A stretch of 64,000 nucleotides of DNA from Eledone cirrhosa (lineage: Eukaryota). Made by a program: the position numbers and the translations under genes. The notes beneath the pieces are model-generated. The model worked only from the letters and a program-made list of their open reading frames with translations, searched no databases and was not told the DNA's origin. Each line of letters starts with the position of its first letter. Positions within the stretch are counted from its first letter, which is position 1. Positions 11,101 through 24,135 of this stretch are shown here, one piece after another. The stretch spans positions 107,198,001-107,262,000 of the forward strand of contig OZ024744.1 of assembly GCA_964016885.1 (NCBI GenBank). The letters are read 5' to 3'.

Positions 11101-14100
11101 CTGTGTATGTTACATGGTAGAGAGACATGGGTAGTTAATGTAGAGGATGTGTGAGGGGTAGATTGTATGATGTCTGTGTATGATACATGGTAGTGAGACA
11201 TGAGTAGTTAATGTAGAGGAAGTGTGAAGAGTAGATTGTATGATGTCTGTGTATGTTACATGGTAGTGAGACATGGGTAGTTAATGTAGAGGTTGTGTGA
11301 AGGGTAGATTGTATGATGTCTGTGTATGTTACATGGTAGTGTGACATGGGTAGTTAATGTAGAGGATGTGTGAAGGGTAGATTGTATGATGTCTGTATGT
11401 TACATGGTAGTGAGACATGGGTAGTTAATGTAGAGGTTGTGTGAAGGGTAGATTGTATGATGTCTGTGTTACATGGTAGAGAGACATGGGTAGTTAATGT
11501 AGAGGATGTGTGAAGGGTAGATTGTATGATGTCTGTATGTTACATGGTAGTGTGACATGGGTAGTTAATGTAGAGGATGTATGAAGGGTAGATTGTATGA
11601 TGTCTGTGTATGTTTCATGGAAGTGTGACATGGGTAGTTAATGTAGAGGATGTGTGAAGGGTAGATTGTATGATGTCTGTATGTTACATGGTAGTGTGAC
11701 ATGGGTAGATAATGTAGAGGATGTGTGAAGGGTAGATTGTATGATGTCTGTGTATGTTACATGGAAGTGTGACATGGGTAGTTAATGTAGAGGATGTGTG
11801 AAGGGTAGATTGTATGATGTCTGTGTATGTTACATGGTAGTGTGACATGGGTAGATAATGTAGAGGATGTGTGAAGGGTAGATTGTATGATGTCTGTGTA
11901 TGTTACATGGAAGTGTGACATGGGTAGTTAATGTAGAGGATGTGTGAAGGGTAGATTGTATGATGTCTGTGTATCTTACATGGTAGTGTGACATGGGTAT
12001 TGAATGTAGAGGATGTCTGAAGGGTAGATTGTATGATGTCTGTGTATGTTACATGGTAGTGAGACATGGGTAGTTAATGTAGAGGATGTGTGAAGGGTAG
12101 ATTGTATGATGTCTGTGTATGTTACATGGTAGTGTGACATGGGTAGTTAATGTAGAGGATGTGTGAAGGTTAGATTGTATGATGTCTGTGTATGTTAAAT
12201 GGTAGTGTGACATGGGTAGTTAATGTAGAGGATGTGTGAAGGGTAGATTGTATGATGCCTGTGTATGTTACATGGTAGTGTGACATGGGTAGTTAATGTA
12301 GAGGATGTGTGAAGGGTAGATTGTATGATGCCTGTGTATGTTACATGGTAGTGTGACATGGGTAGTTAATGTAGAGGATGTGTGAAGGGTAGATTGTATG
12401 ATGTCTGTGTATGTTACATGGTAGTAAGACATGGGTAGTTAATGTAGCGAATGTGTTAAGGGTAGATTGTATGATGTCTGTGTATGTTACATGGTAGTAA
12501 GACATGGGTAGTTAATATAGAGGATGTGTGAAGGGTAGATTGTATGATGTCTGTGTATGTTACATAGTAGTGAGACATGGGTAGTTAATGTAGCGAATGT
12601 GTTAAGGGTAGATTGTATGATGTCTGTGTATGTTACATGGTAGTGTGACATGGGTATTGAATGTAGAGGATGTGTGAAGGGTAGATTGTATGATGTCTGT
12701 GTATGTTACATGGTAGTGTGACATGGGTAGTTAATGTAGAGGATGTGTGAAGGGTAGATTGTATGATGTCTGTATGTTACATGGAAGTGTGACATGGGTA
12801 GTTAATGTAGAGGATGTGTGAAGGGTAGATTGTATGATGTCTGTGTATGTTACATGGTAGTGTGACATGGGTAGTTAATGTAGAGGATGTGTGAAGGGTA
12901 GATTGTATGATGTCTGTGTATGTTACATGGTAGTGTGACATGGGTAGTTAATGTAGAGGATGTGTGAAGGGTAGATTGTATGATGTCTGTGTATGTTACA
13001 TTGTAGTGAGACATGGGTAGTTAATGTAGAGGATGTGTGAAGGGTAGATTGTATGATGTCTGTGTATGTTACATGGTAGTGAGACATGGGTAGTTAATGT
13101 AGAGGATGTGTGAAGGTTAGATTGTATGATGTCTGTGTATGTTACATGGTAGAGAGACATGGGTAGTTAATGTAGAGGATGTGTGAAGGGTAGATTGTAT
13201 GATGTTTGTGTATGTTACATGGTAGTAAGACATGGGTAGTTAATGTAGAGAATGTGTGAAGGGTAGATTGTATGATGTCTGTGTATGTTACAAGGTAGTG
13301 TGACATCGGTAGTTAATGTAGAGGTTGTGTGAAGGGTAGATTGTATGATGTCTGTGTATGTTACATGGTAGTGAGACATGGGTAGTTAATGTAGAGGATG
13401 TGTGAAGGGTAGATTGTATGATGTCTGTGTATGTTACATGGTAGTGTGACATGGGTAGATAATGTAGAGGATGTGTGAAGCGTAGATTGTATGATGTCTG
13501 TGTATATTACATGGTAGTGAGACATGGGTAGTTAATGTAGAGGATGTGTGAAGGGTAGATTGTATGATGTCTGTGTATGTTACATGGTAGAGAGACATGG
13601 GTAGTTAATGTAGAGGATGTGTGAAGGGTAGATTGTATGATGTATGTTACATGGTAGTGAGACATGGGTAGTTAATGTAGAGGATGTGTGAAGGCTAGAT
13701 TGTATGAAGTCTATGTATGTTACATGGTAGTAAGACATGGGTAGTTAATGTAGAGGATGTCTGAAGAGTAGATTGTATGATGTCTGTGTATGTTACATGG
13801 TAGTGAGACATGGGTAGTTAATGTAGAGGATGTGTGAAGGGTAGATTGTATAATGTCTGTTACATGGTAGTGAGACATGGGTAGTTAATGTAGAGGATGT
13901 GTGAAGGGTAGATTGTATGATGTCTGTGTATGTTACATGGTAGTGTGACATGGGTAGTTAATGTAGAGGATGTGTGAAGGGTAGATTGTATGATGTATGT
14001 TACATGGTAGTGAGACATGGGTAGTTAATGTAGTGGATATGTGAAGGGTAGATTCTATGATGTCTGTGCATGTTACATGGTAGTGAGACATGGGTAGTTA

Positions 14101-16668
14101 ATGTAGAGGATGTGTGAAGGGTAGATTGTATGATGTATGTTACATGGTAGAGAGACATGGGTAGTTAATGTAGAGGATGTGTGAAGGGTAGATTGTATGA
14201 TGTCTGTGTATGTTACATGGTAGTGAGACATGGGTAGTTAATGTAGAGGATGTGTGAAGGGTAGATTGTATGATGTCTGTGTATGTTACATGGTAGTGTG
14301 ACATGGGTATTGAATGTAGAGGATGTCTGAAGGGTAGATTGTATGATGTCTGTGTATGTTACATGGTAGTGAGACATGGGTAGTTAATGTAGAGGATGTG
14401 TGAAGGGTAGATTGTATGATGTCTGTGTATGTTACATGGTAGTGTGACATGGGTAGTTAATGTAGAGGATGTGTGAAGGGTAGATTGTATGATGTCTGTG
14501 TTTGTTACATGGTAGTGTGACATGGGTAGTTAATATAGAGGATGTGTGAAGGGTAGATTGTATGATGTCTGTGTTACATGGTAGTGAGACATGGGTAGTT
14601 AATGTAGAGTATGTGTGAAGGGTAGATTGTATGATGTCTGTGTATGTTACATGGAAGTGTGACATGGGTAGTTAATGTAGAGGATGTGTGAAGGGTAGAT
14701 TGTATGATGTCTGTGTATGTTACATGGTAGTGAGACATGAGTAGTTAATGTAGAGGATGTGTGAAGGGTAGATTGTATGATGTCTGTGTATGTTAAATGG
14801 TAGTGTGACATGGGTAGTTAATGTAGAGGATGTGTGAAGGGTAGATTGTATGATGCCTGTGTATGTTACATGGTAGTGTGACATGGGTAGTTAATGTAGA
14901 GGATGTGTGAAGGGTAGATTGTATGATGCCTGTGTATGTTACATGGTAGTGTGACATGGGTAGTTAATGTAGAGGATGTGTGAAGGGTAGATTGTATGAT
15001 GTCTGTGTATGTTACATGGTAGTGAGACATGGGTAGTTAATGTAGAGGATGTGTGAAGGGTAGATTGTATGATGTATGTTACATGGTAGAGAGACATGGG
15101 TAGTTAATGTAGAGGATGTGTGAAGGGTAGATTGTATGATGTCTGTGTATGTTACATGGTAGTGAGACATGGGTTGTTAATGTAGAGGATGTGTGAAGGG
15201 TAGATTGTATGATGTCTGTGTATCTTACATGGTAGTGTGACATGGGTATTGAATGTAGAGGATGTCTGAAGGGTAGATTGTATGATGTCTGTGTATGTTA
15301 CATGGTAGTGAGACATGGGTAGTTAATGTAGAGGATGTGTGAAGGGTAGATTGTATGATGTCTGTGTATGTTACATGGTAGTGTGACATGGGTAGTTAAT
15401 GTAGAGGATGTGTGAAGGGTAGATTGTATGATGTCTGTGTTTGTTACATGGTAGTGTGACATGGGTAGTTAATATAGAGGATGTGTGAAGGGTAGATTGT
15501 ATGATGTCTGTGTTACATGGTAGTGAGACATGGGTAGTTAATGTAGAGTATGTGTGAAGGGTAGATTGTATGATGTCTGTGTATGTTACATGGAAGTGTG
15601 ACATGGGTAGTTAATGTAGAGGATGTGTGAAGGGTAGATTGTATGATGTCTGTGTATGTTACATGGTAGTGAGACATGAGTAGTTAATGTAGAGGATGTG
15701 TGAAGGGTAGATTGTATGATGTCTGTGTATGTTAAATGGTAGTGTGACATGGGTAGTTAATGTAGAGGATGTGTGAAGGGTAGATTGTATGATGCCTGTG
15801 TATGTTACATGGTAGTGTGACATGGGTAGTTAATGTAGAGGATGTGTGAAGGGTAGATTGTATGATGCCTGTGTATGTTACATGGTAGTGTGACATGGGT
15901 AGTTAATGTAGAGGATGTGTGAAGGGTAGATTGTATGATGTCTGTGTATGTTACATGGTAGTAAGACATGGGTAGTTAATGTAGCGAATGTGTTAAGGGT
16001 AGATTGTATGATGTCTGTGTATGTTACATGGTAGTAAGACATGGGTAGTTAATGTAGAGGATGTGTGAAGGGTAGATTGTATGATGTCTGTGTATGTTAC
16101 ATAGTAGTGAGACATGGGTAGTTAATGTAGCGAATGTGTTAAGGGTAGATTGTATGATGTCTGTGTATGTTACATGGTAGTGTGACATGGGTATTGAATG
16201 TAGAGGATGTGTGAAGGGTAGATTGTATGATGTCTGTGTATGTTACATGGTAGTGTGACATGGGTAGTTAATGTAGAGGATGTGTGAAGGGTAGATTGTA
16301 TGATGTCTGTATGTTACATGGAAGTGTGACATGGGTAGTTAATGTAGAGGATGTGTGAAGGGTAGATTGTATGATGTCTGTGTATGTTACATGGTAGTGT
16401 GACATGGGTAGTTAATGTAGAGGATGTGTGAAGGGTAGATTGTATGATGTCTGTGTATGTTACATGGTAGTGTGACATGGGTAGTTAATGTAGAGGATGT
16501 GTGAAGGGTAGATTGTATGATGTCTGTGTATGTTACATTGTAGTGAGACATGGGTAGTTAATGTAGAGGATGTGTGAAGGGTAGATTGTATGATGTCTGT
16601 CTATGTTACATGGTAGTGTGACATGGGTAGTTAATGTAGAGGATGTGTGAAGGTTAGATTGTATGGTA
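8149..16668 (+). repeat. ~8.5-kb satellite of a 73-bp unit (65-73 bp variants), ~118 copies, derived from RTE LINE coding sequence
   Basis: Unit GGTAGATTGTATGATGTCTGTGTATGTTACATGGTAGTGAGACATGGGTAGTTAATGTAGAGGATGTGTGAAG; similar to 57723-57810. Confidence 0.95.
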
Positions 16669-16669
16669 T

Positions 16670-17550
16670 ATAGTGGGTGTCAGTGATGAGAGAGGCAGAC
16701 AGTGAGATGTATATGGCAAAAGTTGAGGGAACCGAGTGGTGTGCTGATGAGGAGATGAGTATCCCTGGAACTTAATGGGAAATATGAATGGTGCATGTGT
16801 GAGAAATGCCATGATTGATGGGAGAGATGAGATAGGTGTGGAGCAACAGAGAAGGCTGATTAAAACAAAAATGAGAATGGTTTGGTGGTTGAGAGGAAGA
16901 CAAACCATGAATTGCAGAAGATGGGAATAGAACCAATGATGAATGTTGTGAATAGCAATAGAATGAGATGGTTAGGTCTTGTGTTGAGGAAAGATGGAAG
17001 TGACTGGATGAGAGGAGTGATGGAAAATAGAACCAATGATGTGAAGAGAAATATAAGATGGCTGGGACATGTGTTGAAGAAGGATGGAAGTGACTGGATA
17101 AGAGGAATAGTGCCAGTGATGTGAAGAGAAATATAATAAGATGGCTAGGTCATGTGTAAAGGAAAGATGAAAGTGAGTGTGTGAGAGAGGAGTGATGGGA
17201 ATAGAGTCAGTGATGAATGTTGTGAAGAGAAATATAAGATGGCTGGGTCATGTGTTGAGGAAGGATGGAAGTGACTAGGTGAGAGGAATAGAGCCAGTAA
17301 TGAATGTTGTGAAGAGAAATGGAATGAGATGGCTAGGTCATGTGTTGCGGAAAGATGAAAGTGAATGTGTGAGAGGAGTGATGGGAATAGATGTGGAAGG
17401 AAGTAGATGGAAAAAGATACAGCTAAAAATGATGGAAGGGGAAATGAAAGCATGGGTAATGATGAGGGGTGATGAAGATGATAGAGGAACATAGAAGAGC
17501 TTGTCATGGGGCTCTGCAAAAGTCCTGCTTAAGTAAGGAAGATGGCTTTA
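16670..17550 (+). mobile_element. Degenerate LINE 3' fragment with ~5 tandem copies of the RWLGHVLRKD segment
   Basis: ORF track peptides RMRWLGLVLRKDGSDW repeated. Confidence 0.7.
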
Positions 17551-17689
17551 AAAAACTTGTTTTTCTTGTAGTTGTTATGTGTGTTTATGTGTTGTAATTT
17601 AGCAGTTCAACAGAGACCAATAACAGTCACAACAGTCATAGTCAAATGACTGAACTAGCAAAAGTAAAATAATAAATATAGCACCGTAC

Positions 17690-17767
17690 CGATAGATTAT
17701 CATCTCTCAGGAGATTTGCAAGATTTATCAATAGAATTCCTGAGTTAGACTCCAATAATTTCACCAC
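17690..17767 (-). CDS. PPP4R4: PPP4R4 coding exon (VVKLLESNSGILLINLANLLRDDNLS), 78 bp
   Basis: ctag/gtacgg; matches VSKLLNSG...LITLLQDESLE; phase 0-0. Confidence 0.88.
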
Positions 17768-17878
17768 CTAGAAATACACACACAGAAAAAAGATGTAAAT
17801 AATTCACAGGCAGGGGAATATAACGCAATGATGCCTTATTCACTATGACTAACCATAGCATACACACACACATTATAT

Positions 17879-18216
17879 CATCATCATCATTTCATTTTAC
17901 GTCCACTTTTCCCTGCTTGCAAAGGTGGGACGGGAACTGATTCTGGCTTGATTTCTACAGCTGGATGCCCTTCCTAACACCAACCTCATTTACAGTGAGT
18001 GCTGGGTTCTTTTTTGCCGTGGCACCTCCACGACCACTTTGCAGTGGAATGATATGAACCCCAGTCCCTATCATCTCATTTCTACAGCTGAGTAAACTGG
18101 AGCAATGTGAAATAAAGTGTCTTGCTCAAGGAAACAACACATCACCCAGTCTGAGAATTGAACTCACAACCTTTCGATTGCAAGGCCAATGCTCTAACCA
18201 TTAAGCTATGTGCCTC
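17879..18216 (-). mobile_element. tRNA-derived CORE-type SINE (family A) with RTE-like tail
   Basis: A/B-box-like head, TGTTTCCTTGAGCAAGACACTT core, (GAT)n tail; other copies at 25932, 29496, 39916, 61630. Confidence 0.88.
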
Positions 18217-18305
18217 CATATATATATATATATTCCCACCCTTGCAAGCAGGGAAAAGCGGACGTAAAATGATGATGATGATGATGATATATATATATAT
18301 ATATA

Positions 18306-19199
18306 CCAAGGTGTGTCAGAAAAGTTCCAGGACTGATGTCACAAAAGATTTATTTCAAACCCAAACTTCACACTAAGAGTTTTCTCATCATCATCATCAT
18401 CATCATCATCATGAGAACTGGAGTCTAATGCACTTTTCCATCCTTTTCTGCCATGCACTCCTGGAAGGATTCTTCCGGGATCCTCCGCAGTTCCGTCGTC
18501 ATGGCCTTTTTGGTGTCGACCACGTCTTCAAAACGGGTCCCCTCCGGGTCGTACTCAAAGATCCATGACTCATCACCGGTGATGATTGTCCCTAGCAAGT
18601 CTGGTTCGGTTTCAAGATGCTCGAGGATGTCCTGGCACACCTGCATGCGTCAACCCTTCTGGTCATCGTTCAGTAGTTTTGGCACCATCTTCGCGCAGAC
18701 TTTCCGCATGTCCAAATCTTCAGTGAGAATCTTCCAGCCGCTGTCCCGATTCAAGCCCAGCTCATTTGCCATCAGTTGAACAGTCAGCCGACCATCGCTA
18801 CGCACCATCTGCCTGACGCGCTCAATGTTAACCTCAGTCCTGGTTGTTGAGGGCCTTCCGCTCCTGGGGTCATCTTGCACCACTCAAAAACACATGAGCG
18901 TGACATCGTCTCATCTCCATACACTTGCTGCAGCAATCCCAGTGCTTCTGACGCGGAGTTTTCCCCAACCGTACCAGAAACTTCAAGTTTGTTCGTTGCT
19001 CTGTGCTCATTGCTTGACGACCTGAAACAGAGGACATGTATATAAAATTATGAAGAAAAAAGTTTGATCGCTGCAGAGAGCTAAGATTAGTTTCATACTC
19101 CAGGGGGATTACTTTGAAGGAGAAAACTCTTAGCGTGAAGTTTGGGTTTGAAATAAATCTTTTGTGGCATCAGTCCTGGAACTTTTCTGACGCACCTCG
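18306..19199 (-). mobile_element. Internally deleted mariner element with long terminal inverted repeats
   Basis: Transposase remnants DDPRSGRP, KVCAKMVPKLL, ITGDESWIFEYDPE; TIRs 18306-18387 / 19120-19199; TA flanks. Confidence 0.92.
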
Positions 19200-19239
19200 T
19201 ATATTTATTTAGAAACTTAGAACCTATGATAGAAATAGA

Positions 19240-19870
19240 CCCTTCTTATTCCTGAGAGGGTTGTGGGGGCAGAGTCCTCAAACACTCCTTACAGCAGGTC
19301 CTGTCAGAAACAATCATCTCCAACTGATCTGGCTGAATCCCCAAGCAAGACCAGCCAAGCTCATGGATGTTATCTAACCATCTTCCTCAGGGTCTACCCC
19401 TGGGTCTCTTGCCAGTTGGTTTTGCCTATAAAATCTGTTTGATGATTCTTTCCCAAGACATTCTAACCACACACATGCCCATAGTATCGGAGCTGTGATC
19501 CCTCAGTTTGGAGAAATAGCAGCTCTTAACTGGAGTGACTCACTGAACTCCGAGCTACATACTCTATCAAGTTAAGTTACTCCAAAGACCCTTTGAAGGA
19601 ACCCCATTTTGGCCACTTGTATTCACAATCGTATTTATTCAGTAAGCCTCCAGCCCTTCCATCACTCATGAACATGGCCCCGATCATTTCCATTCCAGTC
19701 ATGCAAGCACTTGGCATCAAACCTATCAAGTGCATGTCAGAGATCACCTTCTGACGAGTTAATACCAGCTAAGTAATATAAGTGGGATCAATTAGAGACA
19801 GTTGTTTCTGACAGGACCCATTGGAAGGAGTGTTTCAAGACCGCTCCCATGACCCTCTCACGAATAAGTG
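19240..19870. mobile_element. RTE-type LINE 3' fragments (inverted pieces); related copies at 48100-48940
   Basis: Similarity to 4770-5090 and 48480-48940. Confidence 0.6.
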
Positions 19871-20109
19871 AAAGAATTCGTTTAGATAAATTATTGCATC
19901 AAGGTAAAAAAAATATAAAATTATAATAAGGCTGAAAACTAAAATTAAAAAGAATTAAAAATATTTTATAAGATGCTCGAGTCATACAAATAATTAAAAT
20001 ATTACGAAACAAGGTAAGTGAAAGATATGAATTTATTTTAGCAGCTAAAGGGAGATAACCAAAGCTAAATTTTATGTTAAAAATATATCATGTTGTATTC
20101 TAGGGCGGT

Positions 20110-20600
20110 GGGTTAATAATAATAATAATAATGAAATTATTGTGTACAGTGCTCAGGTGCACTACAACTCGTCAAAGGTGCATGTATAGTACATAGAATA
20201 ATATACAAGTGTCAGGGAAGTGAATAGTGTATGTGTCATATGATATACATGCGTGCGTGTGTATGGAGGGAGGGGGGGGGGGCATCAGCTGTAGTGTTGG
20301 CGAATCTCAGGAAGCATGGAGGTTTTAAAGGATGCAGTGTCTCGACAGCTAACAACTGATGCAGGTAGTTTGTTCCATGGAGGTTTTAAAGGATGCAGTG
20401 TCTCGACAGCTAACAACTGATGCCGGTAGTTTGTTCCATACTTCAGCAACTCTGAGCGTGAAAAAATGTTTCCAAAAGTCATGTGAACTGTGCTGTTTTC
20501 TGACTTTGTGGTGGTCATGTCCACGTGCGTTAGACACATGGAAATCAAAAAGGTACTCAGGTTTGTTGTTGGCAAGATGGTTAGTAATTTTGGCAGTATT
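20110..20600 (-). mobile_element. CR1/L2-type LINE 3' fragment with a 61-bp internal tandem duplication
   Basis: Peptide RGH...KHFFTLRVAEVWNKLPASVVS; (ATT)n tail; CATGGAGGTTTTAAAGGATGC recurs at 20315 and 20376. Confidence 0.75.
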
Positions 20601-20770
20601 GGTAGAGCATCAGACACCATGCTTTGCAGCATAGAGTAATTGCCCTATACGTTCTGAGTTCAAATCCCGCTGAGGTTAACTTTGCCTTTCATCCTTACAA
20701 GGTCGATAAAATAAAGTACCAGTAATGTACTGAGGTAATTGCTGGCCTTGTGCCAAAAGTAGAAAAGATT
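20590..20770 (+). mobile_element. tRNA-derived SINE (family B; GCCTTTCATCCTT..GGTCGATAAAATAAAGTACC core)
   Basis: B-box GAGTTCAAATCCC; same family at 28840-29220, 43680-43860, 49810-51110. Confidence 0.85.
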
Positions 20771-21139
20771 ATTTAAAAAAAAAACTAAGCAATGTTTATA
20801 ATCTCAATAACATGTTAACAATAAAAACATCCAAAGAACATACAAATATACACATACCTAAACACACAGATATTCTTACATATATATAGGTGTATATTAC
20901 TCTATCACAAGTATTGAGTACTCTACTGAGTAATGGTTTAACTAGTTTTAAACTGGTTCTATCCTGATTATATATATAAAATCATCCTCACTGTTTAATG
21001 TCCATTTTTCCATGCTAGCATGGGTTAGACGGGCTGTCCCGTTTGAAGTAAGTTGGACCTGGTGACCGTGTCTTATTCATACAGAACTGTTTCTGGCTTG
21101 GTTTCTATGGCTGGATGCCCTTCCTAACACCAACCACAT

Positions 21140-23705
21140 TTACAGAGTGTACTGGGTGCTTTTTGTTGTGACACCTACATGACCACTTTACAGTGTGGAC
21201 TGGGTACTTTTTGTTGTGACACCCACATGACCACTTTACAGTGTGTACTGGGTGCTTTTTGTTGTGACACCTACATGACCACTTTACAGTGTATACTGGG
21301 TACTTTTTGTTGTGACACCTACACGACCACTTTACAGTGTGTACTGGGTGCTTTTTGTTGTGACACCTACATGACCACTTTACAGTGTATACTGGGTACT
21401 TTTTGTTGTGACACCTACACGACCACTTTACAGTGTGTACTGGGTGCTTTTTGTTGTGACACCTACATGACCACTTTACAGTGTGGATTGGGCACTTTTT
21501 GCCATGACACCTACATGACCACTATACAGTGTGGACTGGGTGCTTTTTGTTGTGACACCTACATGACCACTATACAGTGTGTACTGGGTGCTTTTTGTTG
21601 TGACACCTACATGACCACTATACAGTGTGGACTGGGTGCTTTTTGTTGTGACACCTACATGACCACTATACAGTGTGGACTGGGTGCTTTTTGTTGTGAC
21701 ACCTACATGATCACTTTACAGTGTGGACTGGGTGCTTTTTGTTGTGACACCTACATGACCACTATACAGTGTGGACTGGGTGCTTTTTGTTGTGACACCT
21801 ACATGATCACTTTACAGTGTGGACTGGGTGTTTTTTGTTGTGACACCTACACAACCACTATACAGCGTGAACTGGGTACTTTTTGTTGTGACACCTACAT
21901 AATCACTTTACAGTGTGTACTGGGTACTTTTTGTTGTGACACCTACATGACCACTTTACAGTGTGGACTGGGTACTTTTTGTCGTGACACCTACATGAGC
22001 ACTTTACAGTGTGGACTGGGTACTTTTTGTTGTGACACCTACATGACCACTTTACAGTGTGGACTGGGTACTTTTTGTCGTGACACCTACATGAGCACTT
22101 TACAGTGTGGACTGCGTACTTTTTGTTGTGACACCTACATGACCACTATACACTGTGAGCTGGGTACTTTTTGTTGTGACACCTACACAACCACTATACA
22201 GTGTGGACTGGGTGCTTTTTGTTGTGACACCTACACAACCACTATACAGTGTGAGCTGGGTACTTTTTGTTGTGACACCTACATGATCACTTTACAGTGT
22301 GAACTGGGTACTTTTTGTTGTGACACCTACATGACCACTTTACAGTGTGGACTGGGTGCTTTTTGTCGTGACACCTACACAACCACTATACAGTGTGGAC
22401 TGGGTGCTTTTTGTTGTGACACCTACACAACCACTATACAGTGTGAGCTGGGTACTTTTTGTTGTGACACCTACATGACCACTATACAGTGTGAGCTGGG
22501 TACTTTTTGTTGTGACACCTACATGATCACTTTACAGCGTGGGCTGGGTGCTTTTTGTTGTGACACCTACATGATCACTTTACAGCGTGGACTGGGTGCT
22601 TTTTGTTGTGACACCTACATGACCACTTTACAGTGTGTACTGGGTGCTTTTTGTTGTGACACCTACATGACCACTTTACAGTGTGTACTGGGTGCTTTTT
22701 GTTGTGTCACCTACATGACCACTTTACAGTGTGTACTGGGTGGGTGCTTTTTGTTGTGACACCTACATGACCCCTTTACAGTGTGAACTGGGTACTTTTT
22801 GTTGTGACTCCTACATGATCACTTTACAGTGTGTACTGGGTGATTTTTGTTGTGACACCTACATGACCACTTTACAGTGTGAACTGGGTACTTTTTGTTG
22901 TGACGCCTACACGACCACTTTACAGTGTGGATTGGGTACTTTTTGTCGTGACACCTACATGACCACTTTACAGTGTGAACTGGGTACTTTTTGTTGTGAC
23001 ACCTACATGACCACTTTACAGTGTGTACTGGGTGCTTTTTGTCATGACACCTACACGACCACTTTACAGTGTGGACTGGGTACTTTTTGTCGTGACACCT
23101 ACATGACCACTTTACAGTGTGGACTGGGTACTTTTTGTTGTGACACCTACATGATCACTTTACAGTGTGTACTGGGTGCTTTTTGTTGTGACACCTACAT
23201 GATCACTTTACAGTGTGAACTGGGTACTTTTTGTTGTGACACCTACATGATCACTATACAGTGTGAACTGGGTACTTTTTGTTGTGACACCTACATGATC
23301 ACTTTACAGTGTGAACTGGGTACTTTTTGTTGTGACACCTACATGATCACTTTACAGTGTGAACTGGGTACTTTTTGTTGTGACACTTACATGATCACTT
23401 TACAGTGAACTGGGTACTTTTTGTTGTGACACCTACATGATCACTTTACAGTGTGGACTGGGTACTTTTTGTTGTGACATCTACATGATCACTTTACAGT
23501 GTGAACTGGGTGCTTTTTGTTGTGGCACCTACATGACCACTTTACAGTGTGTACTGGGTACTTTTTATTGTGACACCTAACTGACCACTTTACAGTGTGT
23601 ACTGGGTGCTTTTTCTTGACACCTACATGACCCCTTTACAGTGTGGACTGGGTGCTTTTTGATGTGACACCTACATGACCCCTTTACAGTGTGGACTGGG
23701 TGCTT
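21140..23705. repeat. 48-bp minisatellite (~53 copies) expanded inside a minus-strand RTE LINE 3' end
   Basis: Unit ACACCTACATGACCACTTTACAGTGTGGACTGGGTGCTTTTTGTTGTG; LINE tail to the left (20985-21140), LINE ORF remnant to the right (23705-23990). Confidence 0.95.
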
Positions 23706-24015
23706 CCCTGGATGTATGCTACAGTCTGTCCTTCTGAGAGATGTATGGGAGGGTGGTGCATACTATATATATGCTTCAGCTTCTGCCTGTGCCCACGGGA
23801 AGGTGGTCTTCTGTATTACTGCATAACGCCAGAGATCTTGGTTCTGTGCTATCGTCTTTGAGAGATGCAATTGGGCAAAGTCAGCTATTATCACCTCGTC
23901 CCAAGTCTTCCTGGGTCTCCCCACACCAAGGCTTCCATCAACTTTGAGTGTTCTGCACCTTTTTATACAGCTGTTATGTATAAAGATTAAAGAAGAATAC
24001 AAAGCAGTAACATAC

Positions 24016-24135
24016 CTCATGAAAACCGAATGCTATATGTTTTCTGACTGCAGGTAACGGGTCCTTACACAACATTGAAAATGTTTCTAACAGTTCAGAT
24101 TCAAAATCTCTGGATCCAACAAACAAACAAATAGC
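24016..24135 (-). CDS. PPP4R4: PPP4R4 coding exon (AICLFVGSRDFESELLETFSMLCKDPLPAVRKHIAFGFHE), 120 bp
   Basis: tcag/gtatgt; matches AMIVFV...LCHDPEVPVR...FYE; phase 0-0. Confidence 0.93.

Noticed and set aside
21179-23408. 526-aa and 225-aa Cys-rich ORFs
   Set aside because: They are the 48-bp (16-codon) satellite read in a stop-free frame, intronic and antisense, and derived from a LINE 3' UTR.
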